Of a stretch of 59,670 nt of DNA, positions 26,989-36,920 are shown piece by piece (within the stretch, counting starts at the first letter, position 1; each line of letters opens with the position of its first letter). This DNA comes from an uncultured Bacilli bacterium. GTDB taxonomy: Bacteria > Bacillota_I > Bacilli_A > RF39 > UBA660. Position numbers and translations under genes: made by a program. The DNA is taken from the NCBI GenBank assembly GCA_947627805.1, contig CANQXB010000002.1, forward strand, positions 1 through 59,670, written 5' to 3'. Below the pieces are notes generated by a model. It saw only the letters and a list, made by a program, of their open reading frames with translations. It was not told the origin of the DNA and ran no database searches.

Positions 26989-27336
26989 ATGAAATTAAAA
27001 ATTAAAAATAAAAAAGAACAAATTTCATTTTTGTTTTTTTCATTACTATCTTGCTTATTAAATATAAATACTGTATATGCAATAGAAAAAATCGAAGGTG
27101 GTAATGTAACGATTGAAAGTTTAGGAACTATAATAAAGAATCTAGCTACAAAAGTACAGATTTTTGGAATAGTTATAGCTTTCATTGCACTTGTTGTTTT
27201 TGTTATTCAATTTATTATAGGAGATGATGAAACAAAGCAAAGAAGAAAAAAGACAATTTTATATACATTAGGTGGTGTCGCATTATTAATATTAGTGCCT
27301 TCAATTATAAATTTTGTAATTGATACATTGGGGTAG
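26989..27336 (+). CDS. VirB2/TrbC-like pilin-type small membrane protein (candidate)
   Basis: 115-aa protein. A signal peptide ending ...NTVYA is followed by two hydrophobic helices separated by the charged loop GDDETKQRRKK. This is VirB2-like topology. The gene sits immediately upstream of the VirB6/B3/B4-like genes. Confidence 0.5.
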   Translation: MKLKIKNKKEQISFLFFSLLSCLLNINTVYAIEKIEGGNVTIESLGTIIKNLATKVQIFGIVIAFIALVVFVIQFIIGDDETKQRRKKTILYTLGGVALLILVPSIINFVIDTLG

Positions 27337-27340
27337 AATA

Positions 27341-29002
27341 ATGCTACTACTAAGTATAGGAAGTGATATAAAATATGGTGTTTTAGATATTTTAAGAGGA
27401 ATTGGTATGGCAATTGTAAACATTATATTTTCGACTGTTGATACTCTTTATAATGTGGCTCAAAAAATAAATGGGTTAAACTTTATAAATATGTTAGAAA
27501 ATATAGACAATTCGCCTTTTACAAAAATATTTAATGCGTTTTTTATATTAGCATTTGTTTTATTACTATTATTTGCAATATGGAAAATAACATTTAGAAT
27601 ATTAGATGCCGATAATAATGAAACACCATTATTTGAAATAGTTAAAGAAATATTTAAATGTGGCTTTTTGATATTTAGTGTTTATTTAATATTTAATACA
27701 AGTATTGACATTGGTATTAATTTATCTAATGCTATATATGATTCTTTTAATAATTCTGAATCAACTATAGGAGATAAAATGAAAAGTTCATATTTAAGTA
27801 TTAATGAATCTTGTTATGCAGTAGAAGATGGAGAATCAATAGATAGTGATAATGTAAATGAAATAAAAGATTATTTAGAAGGTTATTCAAGTGTTGAAAG
27901 TGTTTCAACAATGGAAGATTATGAAGAATTAATTAGAAATGGAACAATAACCGCAAGTGATGTTTCTGATTCTGGAGCATTTTCTTATAGATGCACAATA
28001 TATAAACCTGGAATATGGAATGATAGTGAAGATTATGCGTTTAGCTATAATTTTTTATTTGGGATAGTAATTGGAATAATATTTCTATTTGCCATTAGTT
28101 TTGCAGTATTAATGTTAGGAAAACGACAATTAGAATTAGCATTTTTAATGATGATATCTCCACTTGTTATAGCGACATCAATAGGAAGAAAAGAACAACG
28201 ATCCGCCTTATATCAACAATTAACTTCTCTTGTTTTACAAGCAGGAGCAATGATGCTTTTAATTGGTTTAACATCAATAATGTTTAATGCAATTCAAAAT
28301 AGTGTTGATATAAATAATTTAAATTATTTTACCAAAACAGTAGCCCAAAGTGTATTATATCTAGGATGTGCTATGATGCTTATGACAGGTTGTACTTCAC
28401 TTAATAGATTTATTGGTGATAATGTATCTGCAAATAGTGGTAAAGATATGATGCTTGCTATGGGTGGATTAATCGGTGGAATAAATGCCGCTGGACATCT
28501 TGGTGTTGGAGCAGTTGGAGCAGCTAAAAACACTTTAGTTGGTGGTTTTAAAGCTGGAAAGGGTTTAGCCCAACTTGCAAAAGGTGGTTTCCAAACAGCA
28601 AAAGGAATGTATCATGGTGTTGCTAGTGCGAGTGAAAAAACTCATTCTGGAATTTCCAATAGAATGAATAAAGCAATGGAGAAGAATTTAGCAAATATAT
28701 CAAGAGGTGGTATGATGCAACAAAGTGCCAATCCTTTTGTTAGAGCATATGGTAGAATTCTTGAATCACAAGGAGAAAGTAAAGTTAAGGATCTTGCTTC
28801 TAAATGGAATTTTGGCGAAGATAGATATAATAGTGATTATATTAAGGGTGGAATTAATTTGGCCCAAGCTGGAATTAACAATATAAAAGAAGGTCTTGGT
28901 GAAGCTTTTAATAGTATTAGAAATATTGGAAATCCACATAGTTCAAGATATAGAACAAGAAGTAAAATAAGAAATTATGGAAGAGAATCAGATAGTGTAT
29001 AA
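27341..29002 (+). CDS. VirB6/TrbL-like polytopic T4SS membrane protein
   Basis: It has multiple TM helices and a Gly/Ala-rich C-terminal tail. It lies between the pilin-like and VirB3/VirB4-like genes. I prefer the ATG at 27341 (GGGG 7 nt upstream) over the TTG at 27320. Confidence 0.6.
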   Translation: MLLLSIGSDIKYGVLDILRGIGMAIVNIIFSTVDTLYNVAQKINGLNFINMLENIDNSPFTKIFNAFFILAFVLLLLFAIWKITFRILDADNNETPLFEIVKEIFKCGFLIFSVYLIFNTSIDIGINLSNAIYDSFNNSESTIGDKMKSSYLSINESCYAVEDGESIDSDNVNEIKDYLEGYSSVESVSTMEDYEELIRNGTITASDVSDSGAFSYRCTIYKPGIWNDSEDYAFSYNFLFGIVIGIIFLFAISFAVLMLGKRQLELAFLMMISPLVIATSIGRKEQRSALYQQLTSLVLQAGAMMLLIGLTSIMFNAIQNSVDINNLNYFTKTVAQSVLYLGCAMMLMTGCTSLNRFIGDNVSANSGKDMMLAMGGLIGGINAAGHLGVGAVGAAKNTLVGGFKAGKGLAQLAKGGFQTAKGMYHGVASASEKTHSGISNRMNKAMEKNLANISRGGMMQQSANPFVRAYGRILESQGESKVKDLASKWNFGEDRYNSDYIKGGINLAQAGINNIKEGLGEAFNSIRNIGNPHSSRYRTRSKIRNYGRESDSV

Positions 29003-29017
29003 AAAGGGGGAAATTTA

Positions 29018-29284
29018 ATGTATATAACATTACAAAGTATAAAAAGAAATTTAGGACTATTTAATTTAGAATTTGAAGATCTAATAATAGGTTCAACATT
29101 TGCATTACTTTTTACCATTTTATTTTTACTACATTGTTATACATTTGCTATAGTTGTCCTGTTATTAGGAATTATAGGATTAATTCCAGTTGATTTTTCT
29201 AAATGTAATAGAATGTATAAACTATTTATTTTGTTTACAAAATTTATATTTAAAAATAAAAGCTATTATTTTTATAAGAATTAA
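29018..29284 (+). CDS. VirB3/PrgI-like small membrane protein (candidate)
   Basis: 88-aa protein with a two-helix hairpin, directly upstream of the VirB4-like ATPase. Confidence 0.45.
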   Translation: MYITLQSIKRNLGLFNLEFEDLIIGSTFALLFTILFLLHCYTFAIVVLLLGIIGLIPVDFSKCNRMYKLFILFTKFIFKNKSYYFYKN

Positions 29285-29299
29285 AAGGGGGATAAAATA

Positions 29300-31801
29300 T
29301 TGTTAAAAAGAATAAAAGAATTAATACAAAAGAGAAGAAAAAATAAAGAAATTAAACTTGTGAATAAAGCAAAGTTAAATCATAAAGATACATATATAAC
29401 AAAATCAATGTTAAAAAAGAAACTTCAAAATTCACAAAGTTTTACAAATATAAGAAGTATAAATGATAATGGAGTAATAACTTTAAAGACAAATCAATAT
29501 GCGATTTTTTATAAAGTTAGTCCAATTGATTTATCATTAACTAATAAAAATGAACAAGAATTATTTTTTCATACATTGTCAAAATTATATAGATTGCCTT
29601 TTACTATTAAGGCCTATAAATTTGATGAAAAAATAAATCTTAACATAAATAAAGAAAATTATTTAAAATTAATTGATGAAGAAAAAGATAAAGCGAGAAG
29701 AGATTTACTTACTAATAATTATGGATTCATTGATACAATAGAAAGCGAAGATTTAACATCAGCTAGTTCATATTATTTAGCAATAATTTCTAAAAATAAA
29801 GAAGCTTTAGAAAAGAATAAAGAAAAATTTGAACTGGCATGTTCAGGAATTATTCCTAAATTAGAATTAGAACTAATTACAAACAAGAAGAATCTTATTA
29901 AAATATTTTGTAATATGTATTTTTCTAATAATAGTTTAGATCAGATAATTTATTATGATTTTATGGATTTAGTAACACCATTAAAAATAAATGAATTAAT
30001 ATCTCATTTAAAATTTGATGATGAAGAAGTTCAGTTATTATCAATAAAAAATTATCCCTTATTTATTGAACATGGATTTTTAGATAGAATAATAAATCTT
30101 CCGTATGTAAAAGCATCAATAACTATTAATGAGTCAATAGAACAATATAAGTTAATTAATGTTTTAAATAGTAGTTTTAAAGCCGTATTGGCAGATTATA
30201 ATTCAAGTAAAAATTTAAGTGATGTTACAGAAATGCAAACATTAATGAATAATTATAAGTTGTTAATCGAGCAAATATCTGCGAATGATGAAAAGATAAA
30301 AGATGTGTCAATAATATTAGCTATTAGTGGTAATAAAAAGCAAAGAGATGAATTAATCAAAGAAATAAAAAGAAATGCTGAATTATACCAAATAAAAGTT
30401 GATATACCTAGAATGCGACAAATGGAAGCATGGCAAAGTTATGATTTAACAGATAAAAATTTTAAAGATTATAGTATGTATTTGCCAACTATAACATTAG
30501 CATCCACTTTCTTTTTTACAGAAAACTATCATAATGATTCAACAGGTTATTTAATTGGGGAAGATAGTAGTTATGGTTTACCAATATTTTATGATCCATA
30601 TTATTTAAGTAAAGCAAGAACTAATCATAATATAGGAATTATTGGTACTAGTGGAAGTGGTAAAAGTTATCTTTTAAAATTACTTATTACAAATGAATTT
30701 GCAAGAGGTACAAAATTATTCTTATTTGATATTGAGAATGAACTTCAAAAATTATGTAATAGATGCGGTGGAGAATATATAGATTTGTCTAGCAAGTCAT
30801 TAATTAATCCATTACAAGTAAGATATGTTATTAGTGATGAAGATGATGAAAGTTCTATATTAGGAAAGCATCTGGGTTTTTTGGAAAACTTCTTTACAAC
30901 AGCTTTTGAGGATATTTCTGAAAAGGAACTTGTTGTATTAATAGATATAGTAGAAAAATTCTATAATAGTAGAGGAATTAGTAAAAAAACAACTTTAGAA
31001 GAATTTGAAAATATGTCAGCAAAAGATTATCCAATTTTTTCAGATTTATATGCTTTTTTACTTGAAGAACAAAGATCATGTGAAAATAAAGAATTAGCAA
31101 AAATATTAGTTAATATCGAAGTCTTATTAAAAAGAATGGTTGTTGGACAAGATAGTAATTTATTTAATGGTATTACTACTATAGATTTAAGCAATGATTT
31201 AGTTGCTTTTAATTTACAAGAATTATTATTTAATTCAAGTAAAAGGTTAATTAATACTCAAATGATTAATCTTTTAACGTATTTGAGTAATGAAATAATT
31301 GATAATAAGAAAAGAAATGCCAAATATGGTGAAAATAAACGAATGATGATTGTATTAGATGAGTTTCATAATTATATTGATGAAGATAATCCAACATTAT
31401 TAAGATATTTTGACCAATTAAATAGAAGAGCTAGAAAATACAATTTATCAATTGCAGTTGCAAGCCAACAACCTAATGATTTTACTAGTAGATCAAATAT
31501 TTTAAGACATGCTTCGGCAATATTTAATGATTGTCAATATCAATTTACAGGAATGTTAAAAGACACAGATGTTGAAGCAGTAGAAAAATTGTATTCTAAT
31601 ACACCATTAACAGAAACTCAAAAAGTATTTTTAAGTCATTGTAATCAAGGACAATTCTTACTTAATATAACAAATAAGAATCGGTTAAGAGTTAATGTGT
31701 TTGCTACCCAAAACCAAATGTATTATATGGGTGAAAGTGATGAGTTGCCTACTAGTATGGTAAATAAAAATGAAGATGATAAAAAAACTAATAACTACTA
31801 A
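29300..31801 (+). CDS. VirB4-family T4SS ATPase
   Basis: 833-aa protein. Walker A is GIIGTSGSGKSYLLK and Walker B is MMIVLDEFHNY. A TTG start follows AAAGGGGG. Confidence 0.85.
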   Translation: MLKRIKELIQKRRKNKEIKLVNKAKLNHKDTYITKSMLKKKLQNSQSFTNIRSINDNGVITLKTNQYAIFYKVSPIDLSLTNKNEQELFFHTLSKLYRLPFTIKAYKFDEKINLNINKENYLKLIDEEKDKARRDLLTNNYGFIDTIESEDLTSASSYYLAIISKNKEALEKNKEKFELACSGIIPKLELELITNKKNLIKIFCNMYFSNNSLDQIIYYDFMDLVTPLKINELISHLKFDDEEVQLLSIKNYPLFIEHGFLDRIINLPYVKASITINESIEQYKLINVLNSSFKAVLADYNSSKNLSDVTEMQTLMNNYKLLIEQISANDEKIKDVSIILAISGNKKQRDELIKEIKRNAELYQIKVDIPRMRQMEAWQSYDLTDKNFKDYSMYLPTITLASTFFFTENYHNDSTGYLIGEDSSYGLPIFYDPYYLSKARTNHNIGIIGTSGSGKSYLLKLLITNEFARGTKLFLFDIENELQKLCNRCGGEYIDLSSKSLINPLQVRYVISDEDDESSILGKHLGFLENFFTTAFEDISEKELVVLIDIVEKFYNSRGISKKTTLEEFENMSAKDYPIFSDLYAFLLEEQRSCENKELAKILVNIEVLLKRMVVGQDSNLFNGITTIDLSNDLVAFNLQELLFNSSKRLINTQMINLLTYLSNEIIDNKKRNAKYGENKRMMIVLDEFHNYIDEDNPTLLRYFDQLNRRARKYNLSIAVASQQPNDFTSRSNILRHASAIFNDCQYQFTGMLKDTDVEAVEKLYSNTPLTETQKVFLSHCNQGQFLLNITNKNRLRVNVFATQNQMYYMGESDELPTSMVNKNEDDKKTNNY

Positions 31802-32780
31802 AATCATTTTAATTGTAGGAACTATTATTGTCTTTGTGGCCATTTTAATTGGTATAATTTCAAGTATTTGTGGAGTAGCAATGGGATACGAAGCTACAAT
31901 AAGACAAGCTGTTAATGCTAAAGAAGTAAGAGCCATAGTAAATAATCAAATTTATGCTGATAGATATAGAAAAATATTAGATAAATATTTAATAGAAAAA
32001 GGTTATGTATCATTAGAAAGATTATTGTTTTATTTACAAAGAAAAAACAATATATTAGACATTACAACTTTATCTGATAATGAATGGGAACAAGCATATT
32101 TAGAAAATTTAAATGAAAAAGAAAAACAAATGATACCAATAAAAACAATTTGTAAAGATTTTAAAAACGATTCGACATTGCCAAGTTATACAGTAGAAAG
32201 TGGTTTAAATAGTAAAGGGGTATATATTGAAGCTTTAAATTTATGTTTAGTTGAAAATGTTGATATTACTACTTCAAATGACTATACGGAAGATTATCCA
32301 TATCTTCCATTTGTTTTTCCATTAGAAAGTAATTTTACTGTTACATCTATGGTTTTTGAAAGTAGAGATATTGATTTAGGACTAACAGGAAATCAAAAAG
32401 ATAATGTTAATTTTCATTCTGGATGGGATTTTGCAGTACCTATTGGAACAAACTTTTATAGTATATGTAATGGAACAGTATTAAATATTGTTAATACTCA
32501 ATATAATGATGTTCCTTATAAACAATCAGGAAACTCAACAGGAAATTATATAACTGTTAAATGTGATAACGAATTAAAAGTATCCTATTATCATATTCAA
32601 GCAAATAGTGTGCCATATGGTACCAGAGAAGGTTCTTTAGTTAGAGAAGGAGAACTGTTGGGAAGAACTTCAACAACAGGATTATCAACTGGACCACATT
32701 TACATTTAGGATTACAAAATAGTGATGGATCTAATTTAGATGCACTAGAATATATCAATTTTAATTATAAAAAAGGATAA
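31770..32780 (+). CDS. Membrane-anchored M23-family peptidoglycan hydrolase (T4SS cell-wall hydrolase)
   Basis: It has an N-terminal TM helix. The M23 motifs are HSGWD (HxxxD) and GPHLHLG (HxH). Confidence 0.85.
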   Translation: MKMIKKLITTKIILIVGTIIVFVAILIGIISSICGVAMGYEATIRQAVNAKEVRAIVNNQIYADRYRKILDKYLIEKGYVSLERLLFYLQRKNNILDITTLSDNEWEQAYLENLNEKEKQMIPIKTICKDFKNDSTLPSYTVESGLNSKGVYIEALNLCLVENVDITTSNDYTEDYPYLPFVFPLESNFTVTSMVFESRDIDLGLTGNQKDNVNFHSGWDFAVPIGTNFYSICNGTVLNIVNTQYNDVPYKQSGNSTGNYITVKCDNELKVSYYHIQANSVPYGTREGSLVREGELLGRTSTTGLSTGPHLHLGLQNSDGSNLDALEYINFNYKKG

Positions 32781-32843
32781 GTAAAGCAAAAAAATTTTCA
32801 AAGCCAAAAAAGAAAATAATGAAAAATAGTAAAGGGGGTTAAA

Positions 32844-33188
32844 ATGTATAAGGAAGATTTAGGAGATAGAATAAAATTTCAAAGAAAAAATGTATGTGGT
32901 TATTCCAGAAGAAAATTAGCAAAACTTGTTAATGAAGATTTAGAAACAATAATGATGTTAGAAAATGGAGAGTTAAAGAATCCACAACCGCAATTAATTT
33001 TAAAAATTGCGGATGTACTGGATTCTTTTTATATGAATTTTGTTAATGAGGAATATGAAGAAGAATTTTTATACTATCTTGATTGGGGAACAAAAAATCG
33101 TGAAAGTATTATTGCTTTAAAGAATCTAACTAAATTGTTAAGTAATATAGCAATTCATATATATAGGAGAAAACATGGAATTAGCTAA
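32844..33188 (+). CDS. XRE-family HTH protein
   Basis: LGDRIKFQRKNVCGYSRRKLAKLVNEDLETIMMLENGE is a Cro/C1-type HTH. Confidence 0.65.
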   Translation: MYKEDLGDRIKFQRKNVCGYSRRKLAKLVNEDLETIMMLENGELKNPQPQLILKIADVLDSFYMNFVNEEYEEEFLYYLDWGTKNRESIIALKNLTKLLSNIAIHIYRRKHGIS

Positions 33189-33265
33189 ATATTTTATAAA
33201 AAATAACATTATAAAATTAGAAAATCAAGCAAGGTTTAATCCAGATAGAGAAAAGGATGAAGAAT

Positions 33266-34030
33266 ATGAATAATAAATTAAATTGTCAGTTAGTTAACAT
33301 TTTATTAGATAAGAACAATACTTTTTCTAATAAATATACTTCAATTATAAGTGGTGATTTAGATTATGACATGTTATTAAATGATTATTATAATAATAAA
33401 GATATGAGAACAATAATGATTGATAATAACACTCAATCAATTTGTTTTACAAATCAAAAAGAATTAGTAAGTGTATATAATAGTGAAACAAAAAGATATG
33501 ATCAATATTATGAAGAAGTTCATATTCATTGTAATAATTTAAGTATGTTTGAAAAATTTACGGATTATTTAAAAGTGAGCAAGTATAAAGATGCAATAGA
33601 TGAAACAAGTAATATTCCACATTATGATTCTATTAATATTTCAAATTTAAAAAATTGTGAATTAGTAATGGAACCAATGACTAATGAAGTAACAAAGACT
33701 AAAGGTTTACTTAATTTGTTAGAAAAGAATAGTGATGAAACTATATTTAGAGCTATTTCTATTCATTTTGGCAATTTAGTAAGTAATAATAACAAAATAA
33801 ATTTTGAATTAATCCATAAATTAAATTCTATTTATAAAAAATATGTTGAAAACAATGATTATTCTTTTTTTTCTAAAGAATTAAGCGATAAGTTTTTAAA
33901 TTTTTATAATGATGAGAATTCACACGAAACTAAAATATCAAATGATAGTTTTCAAAATTCTAAAACAAATGATAATAAATATACAATTTATGAAAAAGAA
34001 ACCAATGATTATGAAATATATCGAGAATAA
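33266..34030 (+). CDS. Hypothetical protein
   Basis: Asn-rich ORF with no motif recognised. I prefer the ATG at 33266 (AAGGA 9 nt upstream) over 33257. Confidence 0.5.
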   Translation: MNNKLNCQLVNILLDKNNTFSNKYTSIISGDLDYDMLLNDYYNNKDMRTIMIDNNTQSICFTNQKELVSVYNSETKRYDQYYEEVHIHCNNLSMFEKFTDYLKVSKYKDAIDETSNIPHYDSINISNLKNCELVMEPMTNEVTKTKGLLNLLEKNSDETIFRAISIHFGNLVSNNNKINFELIHKLNSIYKKYVENNDYSFFSKELSDKFLNFYNDENSHETKISNDSFQNSKTNDNKYTIYEKETNDYEIYRE

Positions 34031-34109
34031 TAATTATACAAATTGTTTGTATTGTAATAGAAATCATATTAAAATTAGAAATTAATATAGAAAAGAAGGA
34101 GTTGATTTA

Positions 34110-35105
34110 ATGAATTTAGAGAAGGAATTACTTAATTATTTAAAAAGTAATGATGTTTTTTTAAATGTTAAAGTAGATGATCGTTATTTTAATTTTGTAA
34201 AAGTCCCGTATAACAAAAAAATTGATTTATTATATATGACTTATAATTATAATCATTTTATAACATCTAATGATACACTTGAATATTGTGGTTTTTACGA
34301 CAAAGAAAACAAAAAATTATATGATATAAATGATTATTTAAAAAGAAATGTATTAGGTTATAATTATTATGATGAACCATATCCTAGTATGGATAAATTA
34401 AATGATGAACTTAATGATAAAGTTAATGAATGTATAACAGATTATGTGTTAAAAAACAAAAAAGATTTTTATGAAAGTGCAAATGGTTATACTCCAAATA
34501 TATGGCCAAGTGATGTTGCAAAAAAATTTGTTGAAAATTATAAAAATATAGAATATAAAGCTGATTATGAATTTAATAGTAATATTAATGTATTAGAATA
34601 TATAACAAATAGAGATGATTATGTTTATAATAAAGCATTTGAAATCTATACAAATGAAAACCAAAAAGCAAAAATTGGTAGAAAACTATATGATATTGAT
34701 AAAGAAAATGAACTTTTAGCTAGCATTTGGAATGATAAAGATAACTCTTTACATAAAATTAGAGATATTAGAAATAAATTAATAAATAGTAATTATGGTC
34801 AAATTCATGTTTATATATGTAAAAATGGATTGAATTTTGATTTTAAATATAATGCAAATTTACTTATAGATGAATGTTGGAAAGATTATGGATTAACTGT
34901 ATATGGTTTGTCTGTTCAAAAAAGAAAAGAATTTGAAAATCTTTTTGGAAAAAATTCAAAATATCGTTATAATGATATAACAAAAATTGAATATAGAAAT
35001 AACCCAATATATATTGATAAAAATTTTAAAGAGAATGTCAAAGATGAAGATTCAGAAAAAATTGAAATTGATAATCAAAATGAAGAGGAAGAATTAGTCT
35101 TATGA
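34110..35105 (+). CDS. Hypothetical protein
   Basis: 331-aa ORF with GAAGGAG upstream. It has an ATGA overlap with the primase gene. Confidence 0.55.
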   Translation: MNLEKELLNYLKSNDVFLNVKVDDRYFNFVKVPYNKKIDLLYMTYNYNHFITSNDTLEYCGFYDKENKKLYDINDYLKRNVLGYNYYDEPYPSMDKLNDELNDKVNECITDYVLKNKKDFYESANGYTPNIWPSDVAKKFVENYKNIEYKADYEFNSNINVLEYITNRDDYVYNKAFEIYTNENQKAKIGRKLYDIDKENELLASIWNDKDNSLHKIRDIRNKLINSNYGQIHVYICKNGLNFDFKYNANLLIDECWKDYGLTVYGLSVQKRKEFENLFGKNSKYRYNDITKIEYRNNPIYIDKNFKENVKDEDSEKIEIDNQNEEEELVL

Positions 35106-36067
35106 ATCTAGTTTCTCAGTATAGAAATTATTTATGGGATTATTTAGAAAGATATCATGGATTAAAAAATCCTAAACAATTTTTTCGGTGTTTGAATCCA
35201 AATCATATAGATAATCACCCAAGTATGATATATACCCAAAAATATAATATTTGTAAATGTTTTGCTTGTGGTGTAAGCTATGATATATTCGATTTAGTAG
35301 GTTTAGATTATAATATAAGTAATTTTAGGGACCAATTACTAAAGTTAGGAGAACTATATAATTGTTATGTTCCAGATAATTTAGAGTCCAATGATTATGT
35401 TGATAACAGCAAATATGATTATACTAATTACTATAAAAAATGTGTTAAAAACATTTCTAAAACAAATTATTTACAAGATAGAGGAATTCCAAACGAATTA
35501 ATAACAAAATATAATATTGGTTATGATAAAGATAAAAAGTTAGTAATATTCCCCATAAATAAACATTGTTACTTTGCAAGAAGTGTAATGAATAATAGTA
35601 AAATTAAGAGTAAAGGGAAGAGTGATATTTGGAATAAAGATAATATAAAAAGAAGTAATAAAGACACTATTGTTTATGTAACTGAAAGCATAATTGATGG
35701 ACTATCATTGGAGACTGTTGATCCCAATATTAAAACAGTTAGTATTAATGGTGTAGGCAATATTCATAATTTTGCAAAAGAATTAAAAGATGCTAAATTT
35801 AAAGGAAGTGTTGTTATTTCTTTTGATAATGATAAAGCTGGAAAGGAAGCATCAAATAAGTTAAAAGAAGAGTTGATAAATTTGAATATCAATTCTTTTT
35901 CTAATACATTAATAGATAATTTTGATGCTAAAAATTGCAAAGATTTAAATCAAGCTTTAATCATCAATAAAGACCAATTAAAAGATAATCTTAAATATTT
36001 TAACAGGGCATATCTAAAATATATTAATAAACAGGAAGGTGAGAATAAAGATTATGAACTTGAGTAA
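35102..36067 (+). CDS. DNA primase (CHC2 zinc finger + Toprim)
   Basis: The zinc finger is CLNPNHIDNHPSM...CKCFACG. The Toprim motifs are VYVTESIIDGLS (Glu) and SFDNDKAGKEA (DxD). Confidence 0.8.
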   Translation: MNLVSQYRNYLWDYLERYHGLKNPKQFFRCLNPNHIDNHPSMIYTQKYNICKCFACGVSYDIFDLVGLDYNISNFRDQLLKLGELYNCYVPDNLESNDYVDNSKYDYTNYYKKCVKNISKTNYLQDRGIPNELITKYNIGYDKDKKLVIFPINKHCYFARSVMNNSKIKSKGKSDIWNKDNIKRSNKDTIVYVTESIIDGLSLETVDPNIKTVSINGVGNIHNFAKELKDAKFKGSVVISFDNDKAGKEASNKLKEELINLNINSFSNTLIDNFDAKNCKDLNQALIINKDQLKDNLKYFNRAYLKYINKQEGENKDYELE

Positions 36068-36521
36068 TGAAGAATTAACTAAAAAAATTATTGAAGAGAA
36101 AGATAAAGTAAAATTAAAATATCGCCAAAAATTAAATAGTATTAAACAACATTATGGTGTAGAATTTGATGTCGATTATTATGCAAATAATAAAATAAAA
36201 AACATCATTTTTGAAAATTTAAAATATAAAAATTTATCTAATAATATTACCATATCCTATAATGCTGATTCCAGAAAATTCGATTGTATTGATTATGAGT
36301 TTTTAGATATTCGATTTGTTAGGAAAGTTAATCATAAAAGATTATTATCTAATTTAAATATTCAATATAAGTTAAAAATAATAGTATCAGAAATTGATAG
36401 AATTAATACTGACTATATTGCTGAACTAGAAGAATTGGAAAAAAATTTAAAAGAATTAAATATAAACAGTATTGATAAAGAAAAAGTCTTAGTAAATAAC
36501 AAAAATGATGAAGAAGAGTAA
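36054..36521 (+). CDS. Hypothetical coiled-coil protein
   Basis: The ORF overlaps the primase 3' end. I prefer the ATG at 36054 over the GTG at 36039. No motif recognised. Confidence 0.5.
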   Translation: MNLSNEELTKKIIEEKDKVKLKYRQKLNSIKQHYGVEFDVDYYANNKIKNIIFENLKYKNLSNNITISYNADSRKFDCIDYEFLDIRFVRKVNHKRLLSNLNIQYKLKIIVSEIDRINTDYIAELEELEKNLKELNINSIDKEKVLVNNKNDEEE

Positions 36522-36605
36522 TTTTAAAATAAGTTGCATATCATTTTTTCTTTTAAATAAAGGGAATGATTAAAAATTGCATATCATTTGCATATAATTA
36601 TACTC

Positions 36606-36690
36606 GTTTTCGCAAGTGCGAAAACATTTTTGCACCACAAAACTTGGAAAAATCCCTTATATTATAAGGGGGTTTGTTTTAAAGTGGTGC
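36606..36690 (+). promoter_or_regulatory. Hairpin-rich non-coding DNA: candidate oriT / single-strand structure
   Basis: The perfect palindrome GTTTTCGCAAGTGCGAAAAC lies at 36606-36625. A nested imperfect hairpin follows at 36632-36690: GCACCAC-AAAAC...CCCTTATA-T-TATAAGGG...GTTTT-AAA-GTGGTGC. Confidence 0.4.
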
Positions 36691-36759
36691 CATCTCATAT
36701 CCTGTTTAAAATTATGGAATATAAAAAAACTAAAAATTTATAGAAAAGAGGGTGGTTTT

Positions 36760-36900
36760 ATGAATAAATGGTTAATGATATTTTTAGTCATCTTATCTAT
36801 GCTGGCATTAATTATTGAGCAAAGTTCAAATTATCAGATAATAGTTGTGGGATTGCTATTTATTATTGTTTCTTGTTTAAGCATTAAAACAGAAAAATAA
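36760..36900 (+). CDS. Small membrane protein (46 aa)
   Basis: MNKWLMIFLVILSMLALIIEQSSNYQIIVVGLLFIIVSCLSIKTEK forms two hydrophobic helices. GAGGGTGG lies 5 nt upstream. The longer track ORF from 36616 runs through the hairpin DNA and is unlikely to be real. Confidence 0.45.
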   Translation: MNKWLMIFLVILSMLALIIEQSSNYQIIVVGLLFIIVSCLSIKTEK

Positions 36901-36920
36901 TTTTCAAAGGGGGTATGTAT

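Noticed and set aside
33176-33274. 32-aa ORF (MELAKYFIKNNIIKLENQARFNPDREKDEEYE) overlapping the end of the XRE gene and the start of 33266..34030
   Set aside because: It has no SD or recognisable motif and overlaps two better-supported genes. It is most likely fortuitous.
36616-36759. The N-terminal 48 codons of track ORF 36616..36900 (GTG start, MRKHFCTTKLGKIPYIIRGF...)
   Set aside because: This part runs through the palindrome and hairpin DNA and has no SD. Its composition is Cys/Lys/Trp-rich and unlike the neighbouring genes. A good SD plus ATG at 36760 defines a plausible 46-aa membrane protein instead.
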